Part shown: positions 62,801 to 64,000 of the stretch, one piece after another
Numbering within the stretch: the stretch's first letter is position 1
Layout of the letters: each line of letters begins with the position of its first letter
Source: Veleropilina oligotropha
Lineage: Eukaryota
DNA: 64,000 nt
Assembly (NCBI GenBank): GCA_048128005.1
Contig: JBEUKZ010000025.1
Coordinates: 124,001-188,000, forward strand
Direction: 5' to 3'
Program-made: the position numbers and the translations under genes
The notes under the pieces: model-generated
Seen by the model: only the letters and a program-made list of their open reading frames with translations
What the model was told of the DNA's origin: nothing
The model's database searches: none

Positions 62801-63679
62801 GTAGACTACAGGGCGAAAGACGACCCTGCCCTCCAAGCCCTGAAAAGACATATCCACCTCCAGCCCGACAAAATCCAGTGCGAGGAAATGCGTAAGACTC
62901 TCCCTAGCTGCCTCGGATGGGATCGGTTCGTCAACACCTGGAAGCCAGGCGACCTAATCCTCACAAGCCGTCAGAAGGTCCGCGAACGGGCTCAACAGCT
63001 GTTGCTCCAGAGGCACAAGGAGCACTTCCCAGACTCACTGGTACCTATCCTGTACCACCCCAGGGACACCCGTAAGCAAAACATCATGGTAACGATTCCG
63101 GGCACCGAGGAAAGACAGGAGCTAGTTCTCAACGACGTCGTTGAGGTCACGATTGAGGCCGCTGAGTGGGCAATCCTGACCCCGGATTGGCGCCTGGGCT
63201 ATGCTCTCACCATCCATTCGAGCCAGGGTCTTACGATTCACGATCCACTGAAAGTCTGGATCATCGATGACTACCTTCAGTGGAGTAATCTCGCCTACCT
63301 AGCCGTGTCCCGGGTGGAGCATCTGCATCAGCTCGAACGGGTAACCTGTCCTCCGGATGAGGGTGCTGAGGACAGGCCGCCCCAAACCGAGCAGCAGCTC
63401 AGAAAGACTATCCAGAGAAAGCTCGTGGCATACAAACGCCAGGACCAGGCAAAGGGACTCCAGGGATTTAACCTCAAGGTCGATAACATCCTGCAGCTCA
63501 AAGACGCCCAAAACAACCGCTGCAGGGCATGCAACATAGAGCTGCTCTGGGCCTACCAGCCCAAAGACACACAGCAGTTCAGTGTCGACCGTGTGGACAA
63601 CAGCAGGGGCCACATCCGCGACAACGTGCGCTTAACGTGTCTGGAATGTAACCGAAAACGAGGGGCTGCTAACGCCTGA
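59807..63679 (+). pseudogene. ~1290-aa polyprotein, copy C: HeH, OTU-like, PolB-like, SF1B helicase, HNH (frameshifts near 60835 and 61280, TAA at 61532-61534)
   Basis: DLNCV..CHNGHAW; IDMKSCYP, IIGKF, VATDSIY; GGGGCGKT, WDEV, GDQGQPPP, TIHSSQGLT, YLAVSR; CRAC..SVDRVDNSRGH..NVRLTCLECN. Confidence 0.88.
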
Positions 63680-63998
63680 GAACCGGCGGCAGCTGGGTGT
63701 TATGGGGCATCACAAGACGTTCCCCTCGAACAAACCCACGCGGTGGTCCATCAAGCAAGTAGTAGAGCACAGGCTCGTCAGGCTTAGTGACGGAGCGTCC
63801 AAGCCGATAAAGTTTCAAAGACCACACCGGGTCAGTGGCACGGCGACGACCCCCCTCCAGCTCACCATCGTAGTAAAGGTAACGAACACCAACGCCTGAG
63901 AGGAGTTTCTGTTCCTTCCCCTGTCGGTCTGGAACAGTGGAAGAGGGCTTTTGGGCAACGCGAGGTGCCTTAATGGCATCCTTTGGCTTTTTACCGGT
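63669..63998 (-). CDS. C-terminal 109 aa of a probable retroviral-like (rve/Polinton-type) integrase, partial
   Basis: Open frame TGKKPKDAIK...VRYLYYDGELEGGRRRATDPVWSLKLY...PVLYYLLDGPPRGFVRGERLVMP..*; resembles integrase post-core region from memory; catalytic core lies outside the window. Confidence 0.6.
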   Translation of the reverse strand, partial: TGKKPKDAIKAPRVAQKPSSTVPDRQGKEQKLLSGVGVRYLYYDGELEGGRRRATDPVWSLKLYRLGRSVTKPDEPVLYYLLDGPPRGFVRGERLVMPHNTQLPPVLRR

Positions 63999-64000
63999 GA

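Larger units (their letters stand above)
59144..64000 (+). mobile_element. PolB-helicase-HNH element copy C (runs off the window)
   Basis: Leader ggaggctcccagccctatttc..actgagg shared with A and B; Cys-rich ORF; polyprotein; convergent integrase-like ORF. Confidence 0.88.

Noticed and set aside
59807..63679. Helitron RepHel because of the Pif1-like helicase
   Set aside because: No HUH/Y2 Rep motifs seen; PolB-like motifs precede the helicase

Overview
AT-rich eukaryotic (animal, probably marine invertebrate) genomic DNA made almost entirely of transposable elements; I recognise no host gene. From 1 to 22.5 kb there is a deep nest: one RTE-X-like LINE is cut into pieces by (i) a Kolobok-like element that holds a 5-bp-TSD TIR element, which in turn holds a MITE and a young, near-intact DIRS1 retrotransposon, (ii) a PIF/Harbinger element inserted into its own deletion derivative, (iii) a 28-bp minisatellite and (iv) a TATA-TSD element carrying a CR1 LINE and MITEs. 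From 33.5 to 58 kb there are further RTE-X and L2 LINEs, Helitron-type and TIR non-autonomous elements, SINEs and a Ginger-like integrase remnant. The main discovery is three copies (25.7-28.1 kb +, 28.1-33.3 kb -, 59.1-64 kb +) of a GC-rich, intronless element. It encodes a small Cys-rich protein and one ~1300-aa polyprotein: Rho-N/HeH-like N-terminus, OTU-like Cys/His domain, degenerate family-B DNA polymerase, SF1B helicase and HNH nuclease. Copy C also has a convergent integrase-like C-terminus at the window edge that the ORF track misses. It looks like a compact animal relative of Polinton/Tlr1/transpoviron elements. All family assignments come from motif reading by eye; no database search was run.
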